64,000 nt of DNA from Octopus sinensis (taxonomy: Eukaryota): positions 29,822,001 to 29,886,000 of the forward strand of contig NC_043006.1 of NCBI RefSeq assembly GCF_006345805.1, read 5' to 3'. This document shows positions 11,438-23,704 of the stretch, one piece after another (within the stretch, counting starts at the first letter, position 1; the number at the start of each line of letters is the position of its first letter). Under the pieces are notes generated by a model. The model worked only from the letters and a program-made list of their open reading frames with translations, was not told the DNA's origin and made no database searches. Made by a program: the position numbers and the translations under genes.

Positions 11438-12320
11438 CTTACAAACAATGAAAAAACTATTTGGTAGTCGTGATTTTAAAAGAAAACTTCTAAAAATCTA
11501 CTCAAATATATAAATAAAATTAAATGTATTTATTAATATTCACTATATCACTTATAGTTATATATTTTCAGAAGGACTGCAGAAGTGCTTTTCCCTTTTC
11601 GATTCTAACTTTTATTCTGTTTACTATTGAAACTGTTGGGTATTTGCATTGTGAATAGAAAACAATTTGTTGTTATATTTCCCCGGCCTAGCACTGATTC
11701 AGAAATACAATTGTGTCTTTTTGTCAATTTTGAATAATATATATTTTCTTTACTGTTTCATTTTTGTCTTCACTTTTTAATAGAGAAAAATATCCCCAGC
11801 TCCTTTTTTGTAGTGAGGATGGGAGAACATAACGTTAGGCCTGTACACAGATTCTTGTAAAAGTGTACCGAAGCAGATGTACGCAGTCATATAGACACAC
11901 AAATGCAGTAGTCTGAAAAACGTATCGAATGTATTCACGCACATAAACTTACTCTCCTAGATGATTAGTCAGATCCAGGGACAACTCTCAATCTCTGAAC
12001 TAGTAGCAACATCGTCACAGCTTCGTAAGAAGAGCCTACTGGTTTGAATAGGGGAAAACCAAGAAAAAAAGAAAATTGAAGTCCTTAACGGTAAAGCAAG
12101 CAGATGGAGACCAACGACCTCAACTAATGAACTGACAGTTGGAGGTAACATTCATGTGTGTGTGCATGCACGCGCAAGTACATACAATCTACACACACAC
12201 ACACACATTTCGTCTAACGCTAAGAAGCGGTGCACGATACCTGAATTTTCGACTAGAATTAAATATAACAAGCTACTCGAAATCGTTGTTAGACTCTCCG
12301 TATATGTGGAGTCTGGACCA

Positions 12321-12504
12321 GCAATATTCTCGCTCTAACCGAATATTTTTCATTTTGAAATCCCGTTCTATTGCCACAACAATTTCCTTGCGTCTTTTCA
12401 TTGTGAGGTCAATTGACATCGAATAATTTCTGGGGATAGAAAAACAATAGGATTTCAATGTCACTTTTTTTATCGTCTGATGGTGAAAAGTCATAGCATA
12501 AAAA
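12321..12504 (-). mobile_element. Mariner/maT-like 5' fragment, inverted copy
   Basis: Reverse complement of 11255-11437 with scattered substitutions (ORF 12273..12494). Confidence 0.55.
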
Positions 12505-13314
12505 ATGGACGAAGTTCGCGGTTAGACATATATTACTACGTAATGAAAACTATCATTCCATATATTGAACTGCTGTCATAACCTTGTCATAACTATTGGA
12601 CTAAAAACAAAATTATTTTTGTTCATGAAGAGTACGTTCATAACTTCTTTATCTCGTTCTGTCTTCTTGCAAAAGGACACATTTTATATATTTGAATTCA
12701 AGAAGCTTTTGAGAAGTAGACATATCACTTTCGAATACGCAGCTTGGTTCCCAAGGAGAAATTGCTTTTTGTTTCATCAATTTAACTATCGAAACCTAAG
12801 CTAATAACCGGTAATGGTGACGCATATGGTTCGTGCAAGCATTCACTCTTTTGTATTTCATCAATGTGTATCGAAATTTTATGACAAAAGGAAAATGATG
12901 GGCAACCATATTTATGTTGCTAATGTTTGTAGGGATTCTACAGCAGAATATATATTATCCTATGGCAAGCAACTCATCAGAGAAACAATCAATATTTGAC
13001 TGGGTGCAGTTCTTTTCTTTATTTTGTTTTTGCTATATTTATTGAAGATCAGGTGTTGTCTTCTCTCTCCAGAAACAATGTTTAAGTTTTGATAACTTAA
13101 ATAAAACATTGTGAAAAGAATAAAGACTACCCCGAGCTTTAGTCACATCGATTAAAGTTGATACTCAAAAACGGTGATAATATTAGTTTAAGTATTGGAC
13201 GCCTAAAAGCAAAATGTCGGCTCTCTTCAAGTCGAGAATATAAACCCAGTTTCTTGTTGCTCGATTGTACTTGTATCAAACACACACACACACACACACA
13301 CTTATGTACATATA

Positions 13315-13350
<36 letters not shown>

Positions 13351-14618
13351 TAAAAACAGACGAATGGGTTATCTGGTATAGCTACAATTGTTTCGTTAAG
13401 TGTCTTTATTGTACAGTTCAGTGAGGTATGCTGTATGCACAATACCCATAAGGTTACGTAATATGTTGCACACATCTCAACTCATCAGGTTAACCAAATA
13501 AACAAGCAACCCATGACATTTTCATTAATGAGCAGATCGTCAAGAAGTGGATTTTCTAATCTGAATTAACAACATCTAAGAAATGTAAAGCAGGTGGGAC
13601 TACAACCAGACAATCAACAAGGGTGGAGAGCAGAGAGGTGTTGTAAATTAAAGAACAGTTAAAGATATTTCTATTCCAACGATGTCAAACTTAACAACCT
13701 TGTTTATCAAGACTTGTAATGACAGAACATGTTTGTATACTGGCGGATAGCAGGTGCCAAGCATGACATTGGATCCTATCAAAATATGTTCAAAGAACAG
13801 CCGCTGAGCCTATCCATAAAAAAAAATACATTTACAGTGTTATATTGTTTTGAAGCTATCTGCAATAAAGATTGGCCTGGTTAATAAATTCCAGCGTTAC
13901 TTATACACTTAATTAATCTTAATAAAAGTGCTTTGATTAATTATTACATAACTAATAGAATATTAGCTTTAATCAACGGAGAATTAGGTAATTATAATTC
14001 AAGGAGAATAACTTAAAGAAAACTGTAGTTCAGTGAAGTTTTCTCGAAATACCAGAGGAGTGAGAGGCGGGAGGATAAAGGAAAAGAAATAATAGGGAAA
14101 GAACAGGATGAGTCAAATATAGAAAGTGCTCAACACATTGACAGGAAAGCGGTGTTGGTGTAAGCGAATAATTATGCATCCTAAAACTAAGAAAGTATTA
14201 TAGGCAATCTGGACAATAAAGATTTTGCTACTGGATTAAAAGCATGTGGTTTAGACTAAATAGAGGATGCTGGTTCCGAATCCGCACTCAGAATTGTTCT
14301 AGCACATCAGGATTTTGAGTTATGCACATGCACAAGATTATAATTATACTTTCGGCTAGATATAGGCTGTATTATAATATTTGCTAAAATGCAAGCGGTT
14401 TTAATTCAAAATTCAAGAAATAACAGCAATAAAACAAACAATGCGAAAGTTCATTATTTAGTTTAGCAATAGATGGCGCTGAAGCTTTGTGTGCAAGCGC
14501 CAAATACGTGAGTTTGTTCTTGGTGATTCTCAGTGTCGTTTGCCCTGCCATCACGTGTGCTATGTGTATCTCTCGCTCTGCGTGATTACTGTTTTAACTG
14601 CTTTCATTGTGTTGAATC

Positions 14619-14858
14619 ATGAATAGGCGAGGCAGTGTGCATCACCCAGACAACTTTTGTTATGTCTGTGGAAAAATTGCTCCACATGACCAGCGGTAGA
14701 AAATTGCCACCAAATTAAAAACTGCCTAGAAATATTATTTCGGGTGTAAAGTTGGGGACCAAGACAAGAGGTGGGTACCTCATATATGCTGCACCGTGTG
14801 TTACTCAGAGTTTACACTGTGGCTGAATGGAAAACGGAAAGGAATACCTTTTGATGTG
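14619..14858 (+). pseudogene. Chapaev3-like (CMC) transposase N-terminus, with stops
   Basis: MNRRGSVHHPDNFCYVCGK..*..YYFGCKVGDQDKRWVPHICCTVC..WLNGKRKGIPF. The FCYVCG/GDQDK.W.PH motifs are recognised from memory. Confidence 0.7.
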
Positions 14859-14980
14859 CAGCTATTGGAGACTGCAGTCAAATCCGGGCTGGAAAGGGTT
14901 GCTACTGGAAAGCCTTATGTGTGGCAGCAGGATTCGGTTCCTTGCCATATCTCTGGAAACAGAAGTGGTTGTCGTAGAAC
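14859..14980 (+). mobile_element. Mariner/maT catalytic-domain fragment
   Basis: LETAVKSGLERVATGKPYVWQQDSVPCH matches the PYVFQ*DSA region of the 28030 element. Confidence 0.75.
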
Positions 14981-15463
14981 TATAAATATTGTTACATATA
15001 AACATCGTATGGATCCACATATGTCTTTAAAAAGGGCGCATTGGATAATGTATTCTAGGAATACCCTATTAGTGAGGAAAAAAACTGGTATAGCCGTGAC
15101 TGGAATGTTTTTGAATAAAGGTCTGTTGCATTCAGGGATTAACAACAATAACAATAAATAGTTGTCAAGTTAACAGCAGAACTTTGTTATTCATTTACGA
15201 ATGTTGTTGGTATTTTGAGAGTTAAGTCTCAAAGCCAATAGCTGGATACGAAACCCGAACCTTTCGACTGGGTTGATCGGAGCCCCTATCGTCTTGACCA
15301 ACCACATTTTAATTTCCCAAATTACGGATTAATTAGTCATAAGAACGAGTTTAGCATAAAGAAATTAACATCACTAGAATCTCAAGAGACTATTGCGGTC
15401 TGCATCAGCACGTCAACACACACACACACACGCACGCACGAACGCACACGCACACACGCGCGT

Positions 15464-15496
<33 letters not shown>

Positions 15497-16836
15497 CACA
15501 CACATACATACATACATACATACATACATACGTTATGTATGTATATATGTACTTACAAAACAAGCCAAGCAAACTTTCTTTGGCTTTCCAAGCGGGAGAA
15601 AACTGGAAGCTGTCAGCCACTCACACGGATATTTGAGTAATCTACAAGCAGACCTATTAAACATTACAAAAAAAATTCAATGCATATTAACCCAGTTTTC
15701 ATAAATACTAAAAGAATTACGCTAACTCTCCAAGTATTATTCTACTTTAAAAGATCTACAATTGGTGTTATTGAACTTCCGATATCAGCCACCATCCCCG
15801 CCGTTCTTTAAACTCTAACCTACATTACCACAGAGAAGTCTATAGACTTCGTTGCGGCAATCTATTGCTGTTACTTCTGTGGTCGCTTTCAATTTGTTGG
15901 TTGGGTGGTTGGGTGAGGGGCGTTCGTGTTCTTCCTGTTTTTTTCTTTTTACATTTTTTCAGCTGTTTGTGATGTACGCAAACGAATCTAGTTTGTTTTT
16001 GTTTATAGCTTCCAATCTTGATATAGAAGCTGGGTGACGAGCGAAATGATCCACAGTTCCTATTAAGTCACCAGTGTTGTGTTATAGCCATTGATTGAAC
16101 ACTTAACTCTCAAATGACTGTAGGCCCTTGCACAAACAAGAACAACGAAAATTGCCGTATCAATACCAATGGACATAATGAACAACTGTCTCGCTAGTTT
16201 GCTAGAGTACTGAGTTCTTAATTGTGCCACAAGCCAATGTGATATGGGATTCAGTGACACTAACAAATAGATTTGGTTTCTTTTTAAATCTGTGTATTTG
16301 TTATATACAGAACATATTATCAAGTGGGGGCCTTGAATGAAGGCATGAGTCCGTGAGCTCATACTCACAGCAGTACATATATTGATATCTATACTAGTAC
16401 TTCTATTATTTTTTATTATTTCTCCATCTTGTAATTTTCTTGGTCTTTCTTTTATTCTTCTTTTCTCCTTTTCTTTTTCACTTCTATTGTTTATCAGTTT
16501 GATCTCCACATTTTTAATTCTTACTTTTAAGTCTTTTCCGAAAATAAAAAAAACCTATAAATTACTGATCGGAAAACTACTCTGTCGGAAACCGCCTTAG
16601 ATCTGAAAGGCAACAGCAGTCGATTTATTCCTTATTCGCCACGGAAACAACAGAGGAGTTTACTTGATATATAGAAAGGATTAGATATTTAGTAAATCAA
16701 GGTTAACAAATGTTGAGAGTTATCAGAAGCATTAGAACACGCTGTATTTTATGTCTTTAAGTCCATAATTCTGTTGTTTACTTATACGAAATTTTACGAA
16801 AGGGAAATTTAGTACATGATATTTAGTTAATAAAAA

Positions 16837-17028
16837 TCAGTGCTGTTAGATAACATCATCACCATTTATGTATTATGATTACTCATGGTGTCTATGTAAG
16901 AAGACATTTAATCAGTAATTTCGACTTCTTAGTTAAGAAGTCGAAATTACTGATTAAATGTCTTCTTATATAGACACCATGAGTAATCATAATACATAAA
17001 TGGTGAAGATGTTATCTAACAGCACTGA
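16837..17028. repeat. Near-perfect palindrome, 95-bp arms, 2-nt centre
   Basis: 16837-16931 is the reverse complement of 16934-17028 with 2 mismatches. Confidence 0.95.
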
Positions 17029-17118
17029 AATTTTACAAAAAGCTTTTATGGCTGGCAAGGAAATGCTCATCGATTAAATTTAGAACATATTTTGCGATGT
17101 TAGATTTAAGCGATATAT

Positions 17119-17475
17119 CATATGGTTCCGGGTTCAGTCCCACTGCGTGGAACCTTGGGCAAGTGTCTTCTACTATAGTCTCGAGCCGACCAAAGCCTTG
17201 TAAGTGGATTTGGTAGACGGAAACTGAAAGAAGTCCGTCGTATATATGTATGCGTGTGTATATGTTTGTGTGACTGTGTTTGCTCCCCCAACATCGCTTG
17301 ACAACCGATGCTGGTGTGTTTACGTCCCCGTAACTTAGCGGTTCGGCAAAAGAGACCGATAGAATAAGTACCAGGCTTACAAAGAATAAGTTCCGGGGTC
17401 AATTTGCTCGACTAAAGGCGGTGCTCCAGCATGGCCACAGTCAAATGACTGAAAAGAGTAAAAGAATAAAAGAGT
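17119..17475 (+). mobile_element. SINE family B, slightly 5'-truncated
   Basis: atggttccgggttcagtcccactgcg...ttgggcaagtgtcttctactatag...ggcggtgctccagcatggcc...gtaaaaga tail. Confidence 0.9.
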
Positions 17476-17741
17476 ATATTATGGCGTTTTTTCTTTGATT
17501 TTGTGATGCAGTGCGATAGGTGAGAGGGTAATTTTCTCTTTGAATTCATTAGCTAGCGCTCGCTTAGCATAGTCTTCCTCATTGGAAACCCTTTAATTGA
17601 TATTGTTGAAGAAAGTGACGTGGTCCTGTGTAACAAAGAGTTTTAGTTTTTGTTTTGTAAAAGATTTACATGAATTAAAAATTGGTTCCAGGATAATATC
17701 AAAAAATCAAGTGGAATTGTTATATTCATTGCTGTAGATAT

Positions 17742-18140
17742 CTTTACTTTACTTTACTTACTTGTTTCAGTCATTTGACTGCGGCCATGCTGGAGCACCG
17801 CCGTTAGTCGAGCAAATCAACCCCGGGACTTATTCTTTGTAAGCCCAGTACTTATTCTATCGGTCTCTTTTGCCGAACCGCTAAGTTACGGGGACGTAAA
17901 CACACCAGCATCGGTTGTCAAGCAATGCTAGGGGGAAAAACACAAACACACACACACACATATATATACATATATACGACAGGCTTCTTTCAGTTTCCGT
18001 CTACCAAATCCACTCACAAGGCATTGGTCGGGCCGGGGCTATAGTAGAAGACACTTGCCCAAGATGCCACGCAGTGGGACTGAACCCGGAACCATGTGGT
18101 TGGTTAGCAAGCTACTTACCACACAGCCACTCCTGCGCCT
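17742..18140 (-). mobile_element. SINE family B, near full length
   Basis: Reverse-complement copy with tRNA-like head and (gtaaa)n tail. Confidence 0.9.
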
Positions 18141-18330
18141 TGGACGAAATTACTAAATGTGTGGATAATATTCTCAATTACTATGTTATATGCAACAGAC
18201 GCAGTATTAGATTAAGATAGCCTTCTGTGTATCATATTTAATGTAAATACATCGTGAAGGTAAGTTTATTACGATATTCGTCCGGTAATAAGATCTATTA
18301 TGGACGTACTGTGATTAAAATCGATGTGTG

Positions 18331-18374
<44 letters not shown>

Positions 18375-18647
18375 TAATGAGGATTTAATTTCCTCGTAAG
18401 GGATTATGTATAAAAATCCGGATACCAACTTGTGTTATCAAATATATTGAAAGAAGGTTCCACAACATATGATTAACGGTCCAATAATGTGTAAAGTTAA
18501 AAGAAAATGGAGAAAAAATATATTGAATACTTGGTTAAATTTATTTGTATCACAGTGAAAAAGTAATACATATAAGATTCAGGATATAAAGGGACCGGAT
18601 CAACAAAGAAAATAACCAAAGAAATAACCAAAAAAATAACCCCCAAA

Positions 18648-18746
18648 ATCCTACATATGTTTCAATCCAGCTTTAGGTTTGAATTATCAGCATTCGAGCT
18701 ATTTTAGATGTAACAAAACCACATTTAGTCGGATATCTTCAGGGAT
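18648..18746 (-). ncRNA. Minimal type-I hammerhead ribozyme, long stem II
   Basis: Minus strand: atcc-CTGAAGA-tatccg...tggatt-GAAA-CATATG-TA-ggat. The stem II closing pair is a U-U mismatch. Confidence 0.65.
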
Positions 18747-18806
18747 AAATGTGTACCTTCAACACCTGAAAGTACACATCTATCCCTGAAGATATCCAAC
18801 TAAGTG
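18722..18806. repeat. Hairpin (~30-bp arms, 15-nt loop) overlapping the 5' end of the hammerhead
   Basis: agtcggatatcttcagggataaatgtgtac / gtacacatctatccctgaagatatccaact. Confidence 0.85.
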
Positions 18807-20181
18807 CAAGTACTAAATCTATTCACAAATATTCGATAAGGCCACAAGAGAATCCCTAAGCAATTCTGTTAGTAGTATACTTGAATATGATGAATACTGG
18901 ACAATTAAAAGTGTGGTCCCATTCTTGCGTACCTCTTTACACACTTAGCAACAGAAAAGAGAGAATCAAAACACTAACGAATTTGAAGCGTAGAGAGAGA
19001 ATAGAAGAGACTTGAATTGATAAATGAAAACCGTGTGTTAGGAAAACGCATAGACAAAATTTTTTGTTGGCCGAGTATTAGTTTACATGGCTGTTTTGAT
19101 TCGCTAATGATACTTGCACAGAAAATGACAATTAAACCAGCTGCGACCGCACCTAATTTATTTTACTGTTATTAAAATTTATGAAACACTTGATATAAAA
19201 TTACTTTTATATGTATTCTTAAAGATTATAAACCTTCATTTAATACTAAAAAAACAAGAAACTCTGAGAAGGACAATTGGCCTCGACCGGAAATTATGAT
19301 ACTAAGCCTGTATTGAAATTGAATATCTATTTAGATGATAACTTTATTCCATATAGAATCTTCTGGAGTCAAAGGAGTGTAGAATTATTTAAACTATATT
19401 CTCATTAAAGAGGAAATAACAAACAGACAGGAAGGATATGGTTCCATAATATATGCACAAAAGATGTTTACTTAAAATATATCTGAGAAAACTGATTATT
19501 GCATCATAATTTTATTAAAATCATTTGCATTTTATTAAATTGCAAACATTTTAATGTATATGAAGCAGGGTTTTGACATCTAAATTTCTCTTGAACATTA
19601 ATGTTGCGATGCAGCTAAGTCGACTGCTTCAGTTTATTAGATTTCTAAATGATGTAGAATGGATGCAACAGCTTCCTGGCTTCGCATCCTGATACTTCTA
19701 CTTGCTTAATAATACACGACAAAATTCTTCTCATCAGACTATATTTTGGAGTCCCAGAACTGATAGCGGATGTCGAATTGGTTCCATGATCGAATCTGGC
19801 TATGATCACTTCAAAAAATTATAGACTCAGAAATACAACATTCTTGTAAAGTCACAGAACTTAAATGGACTTGTTACATAGGTATTGATTGTATTCGAAA
19901 ACTAGGACGCAAAGTATGTTTTAGAAGCGTGATAAATCATCTGTAAATTAATGCAGGACTACGTTCTAATCTAGCTTTTATTTAACGCTAAACTATAAAG
20001 TAAGAAGAGAGACGCAGTTGGTAGTTAATGGTAGTGGTGGTAGCAAAGGCATTTGCATTTACGCTGGTGCTGATAAGAATGAGAGTAGAAAAATACGAAT
20101 AGAAAGTATGAGAGAGAAAGGGAAATAAAGAGAGAGTGGTGGAAAGGTAAAAGAGAGAAACGGAAATAGTGGAATTGATGA

Positions 20182-20212
<31 letters not shown>

Positions 20213-20448
20213 ACAGAGAAAAGAGAGAAAGAGAAGGAAAGAGACACAAAGTAAGACACAGAATTATAAGAAATTGGAAACTGAGTAAAATTTGGAGTTA
20301 AACACGCAAAAGGACGAAGGTGATTGTATTATGGAGAGTTACACACGAAAAGGAAGGGAAGGAAGAATATGAAGAGTATGTGGCATCACTGCATCTTTAG
20401 TTATCTCATTCTCTTATTCTTTTTTCTCTCTTTCTCTCTCTCTCTTTC

Positions 20449-20494
<46 letters not shown>

Positions 20495-20594
20495 TCGTAA
20501 ACGCTCACCCTACGTTTGTGCAAAGGGTTTTTAAAAATAGTGACAATAGGAACGAGAAATGTGCTAAGATCTTTTACACACGCTCGCACACACG

Positions 20595-20634
<40 letters not shown>

Positions 20635-20644
20635 TACACATTTC

Positions 20645-20994
20645 ATGGTAGGAACACATCACCATTGAAGTCTTCCAGCAGGCCAACATCCTGAGCGCTG
20701 AAACCAGGTTGCTGTTCGAATGGCTAAGATGGGCACGTCTCATGCATAGCTCAATCCAGAATGACGAATGCCGTGTTCTATTGTGAGCTCAGCCAGAACG
20801 AAAAAGACAGAGTTACGCCACACCTGGGAACATTTTAAAGACCATCTGAAACATCAGTTCATTCAGGCAAGGATAGACCCGCAAGGTAGGAGTGAGACGT
20901 AGCACAGAGGGGAGAGCAGTGAGATTATATCCAGAGCGTTGCAAGCAATCTTGAGAAAGCCAGAGAAACTGCAGCGTATCAGAAACACTAAAGA
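20645..20994 (+). mobile_element. RTE-clade LINE 3' fragment, degraded
   Basis: EVFQQANILSAETRLL..LRWA...FYCEL...FKDHLK pattern typical of the RTE C-terminal region. Confidence 0.6.
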
Positions 20995-21895
20995 AGTTAG
21001 TTAGTTAGTTAGTTAATTTGGCTCAAAAGCAAATAGCAAGGCCATGTAGGGGGACATGGAGTTAAGTACAGGGTGGTGTTCATGTAAAGATTTCAGGCCA
21101 CTTGAGGTCCAGGGAGGCTTTGAACAAAGCGGTCGTCGGCATCTTCACCATCTCGTCTGGCAGCTTGTTCCACGGATCCGCAACCCGGACGGAGAAAGCT
21201 CCTCTCCTTCGATTGAGATGAAATAGTCGCAGGTAGAGCTTTTCGGAATGACCCCGCAGCCGACGCTCTGGAGCAGGAGTGAAGAACAGCTCTTTCGAGA
21301 GGTTACACTTTCCGCTTATGATGTTGTGGGCGAGAATGAGATCACCACGGCGGCGGCGTTTTTCAAGAGAATAAAGGTCGAGCGTCCTCAGCCTTTCTTC
21401 GTAGGACAAATTTTTGAGACCATGAACCATGCGGGTAGCCAGCTTCTGGACTCTTTCGAGATGCTGTATGTCTTTGAGGAGATAAGGAGAAGAGGCTTGA
21501 ATCCCATACTCCAATATGGGTCTCACCAGCGTGACATAGAGTGGTAGGAATATGGCTGCTGTGAGCATTCCGAATGACCGTCGAATCAAGAACAGAATTC
21601 CGCGTGCTTTGTTGGCAGCATGGACGCACTGGGCCGAAGGCGAAAAGGAGAAATCCACCAAGATACCCAGGTCCTTTACCTGATCGGTCCTCTCCAGCAG
21701 CAGACGACCCGGCTCGAAATCAAGTTGAGTTGCAGGAGTAGAGCCGACAGGCAGATGACAGCACTTTGACACGTTCAGACACAGGTCCCAATCGTTAGAC
21801 CACTTCCAAATTTGGTGGAGGCATCGACGAAGATCCTCTATATTACCGCGAGGAGCGACCAGTTTGATATCGTCGGCAAATAGGATATTATCCAG
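20995..21895 (-). mobile_element. CR1-clade LINE, 5'-truncated at FADD, intact 3' ORF, (TAAC)n tail
   Basis: ORF 21080..21919: LFADDIKL..KDLGI..LYVTLVRPILEY..LERVQKLATRMV..LYSLEKRRRRGDLI..AFSVRVADPWNKLP; tail agttagttag at 20995-21015. Confidence 0.92.
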
Positions 21896-22943
21896 TCGAT
21901 AGTGGATACTTAGCACCAATGACGTACAAAAACGCAGGAATCCCAGGGTTTAGCAATTCCACCAACGTTGCTGGACACTTCCCGTCTGATATTAATGTTT
22001 CTGTGCCTTTTAGCACCATACGTCAACTGGAGATGCTTTCACAAGATGGATACCGCACGAACACAGCAGTATTACGGCTTACTTACAATGTGTGCGTACG
22101 TATCATGAGTTTGTATGTGTGTTTTCATATGTAGGCCTGTGTATTTGTGTCTGCAAGCATTTTTTTTTCTTCCATGAATGGAAGAAATCTATATTATGTG
22201 TTGATAAAATATACAAGTTTTAGGTCATAGAAAGTGATTTTAAGTAAAAGGGGTTTGTGCTGAGGAGTGCAATAGTCAAAATATTTTTTGCTACATTATT
22301 CGGTTTTACGCAAAATTTCAGAAACGCTCAAACAGATAAACAGATTCTGAATTCAAATATTCTGCAGATTATGTAATATCGTAAATGAATGGATTCGATG
22401 CTTCATAGGAATTTAAGACATTTTGAATTACTTCTTTGTTTACTCAATCAAATGCTTTAGAAATATTCAGAAAAGTCATTTCAAGACTGCGTTTTCTTGA
22501 GCGGCAAGCTTCAATAAATGAAAGTATTAGTTCAGTATTGTTCCTATTTGTCTTGAAGCCACACGAAAAGCTCAGAATGAAAACCCACGTTTTTGTTCAT
22601 AGTCTTACGAGAAGTGATCGATTAAAGTGTTTTGCACACACACGAATATAGACGGCTCCTTTCACTTTTCTTTTCGAATTTAAACAGAAACTTGGATCTT
22701 CTACATCGGTTTGCTACTGAAACATCACTTGAAAGAACTCAGTGAAAAAGAAATTAGGTACTACGTAACTAAAAAGTATCGTAAAAGCAGAAACAACTCG
22801 GTGATTTTGAACACACACACACACATCGAAAGCGAATACGCAAACAGATAAAAAAAATCACCAAGACAGACAGATGGACGGACGGACAGACTAATTCATT
22901 GACATATTGACAACATGCATAATTGGAAACACTGACACATCTG

Positions 22944-23195
22944 GCACATGGCTCAGTGGTTAGAGCCATGCGTTGCTCCAGTTCACTCAGCTGTAGAAAT
23001 GAGTTGCCATGTCATTGTCACCAAGCTGTATCGGTCCCGTTGCCTTTCCTTGGATAACATCGGTGGCGTGGAGAGGCGAGGTTGGTATGCATGAGCGACT
23101 GCTGGTCTTCCATAAACAACCTTGCCCGGACTTGTGCTGGAGGGTGAAATTTCTAGGTGCAATCCGATGGTCATTCATGACCGAAGGGGTTCTTT
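22944..23195 (+). mobile_element. SINE family C (tRNA A-box head, internal deletion)
   Basis: ggcacatggctcagtggttagagc...gttcactcagctgtagaaatgagttg...aaacaaccttgcccggacttgtgc. Confidence 0.6.
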
Positions 23196-23704
23196 ACGAT
23201 ACATCTAATGACGAGCATGCGCGCAGAAACGCTCAGTCAAAGAAATACGTAAACACACACATTCGTTACACACGTTAATAAGACGCACGCGTTATATAAA
23301 ACACATACATTTAATTGTAAACGCAGACACACAAGCACACAGACAAATTCCAAAACACACACACACTCTTTCAAACACAAAACCTAGACAAGACATACGC
23401 AAACACAGATATACACCATTTAATTTATTGGGAACAGTAGAGTCGTAAGTGTTCTCTGTGTATGTGTGTGCGTGTGTGTGATGGTGTAATATTACTTATG
23501 TAACTAACATCGATTACAAAACCGCTGTCAACTAATGGAACAAACATTTACCCTCTCACTTCTCTCATTTGATCAATTTTTATACATACTCTCCACCTTC
23601 CCGGAATCACAAGATTCCGGAATTACATGTTAGCCTTAACCACGGTCTTCCTTTATATCCACGCACCAGGTGGAGAATTTACACAAATGTATACATATGT
23701 GTGT

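Noticed and set aside
11953-12038. Minus-strand exon-like segment (pyrimidine tract, CAG, GTAAGT)
   Set aside because: Stops in all three frames; it cannot be supported without RNA data.
13125-13235. Minus-strand TTGAAGA...AAAAGCTC
   Set aside because: Two core mismatches and no consistent stems.
16063-16509. 148-aa minus-strand ORF
   Set aside because: No recognisable domain or splice context; the N-terminus is a purine-rich low-complexity tract.
16994-17045. Hammerhead in the 16837 palindrome (gTGAAGA-tgtta/taaca...GAAA-tttt/aaaa)
   Set aside because: The core C is missing, there is a 5-nt insertion before GAAA, and no UH triplet or stem I.
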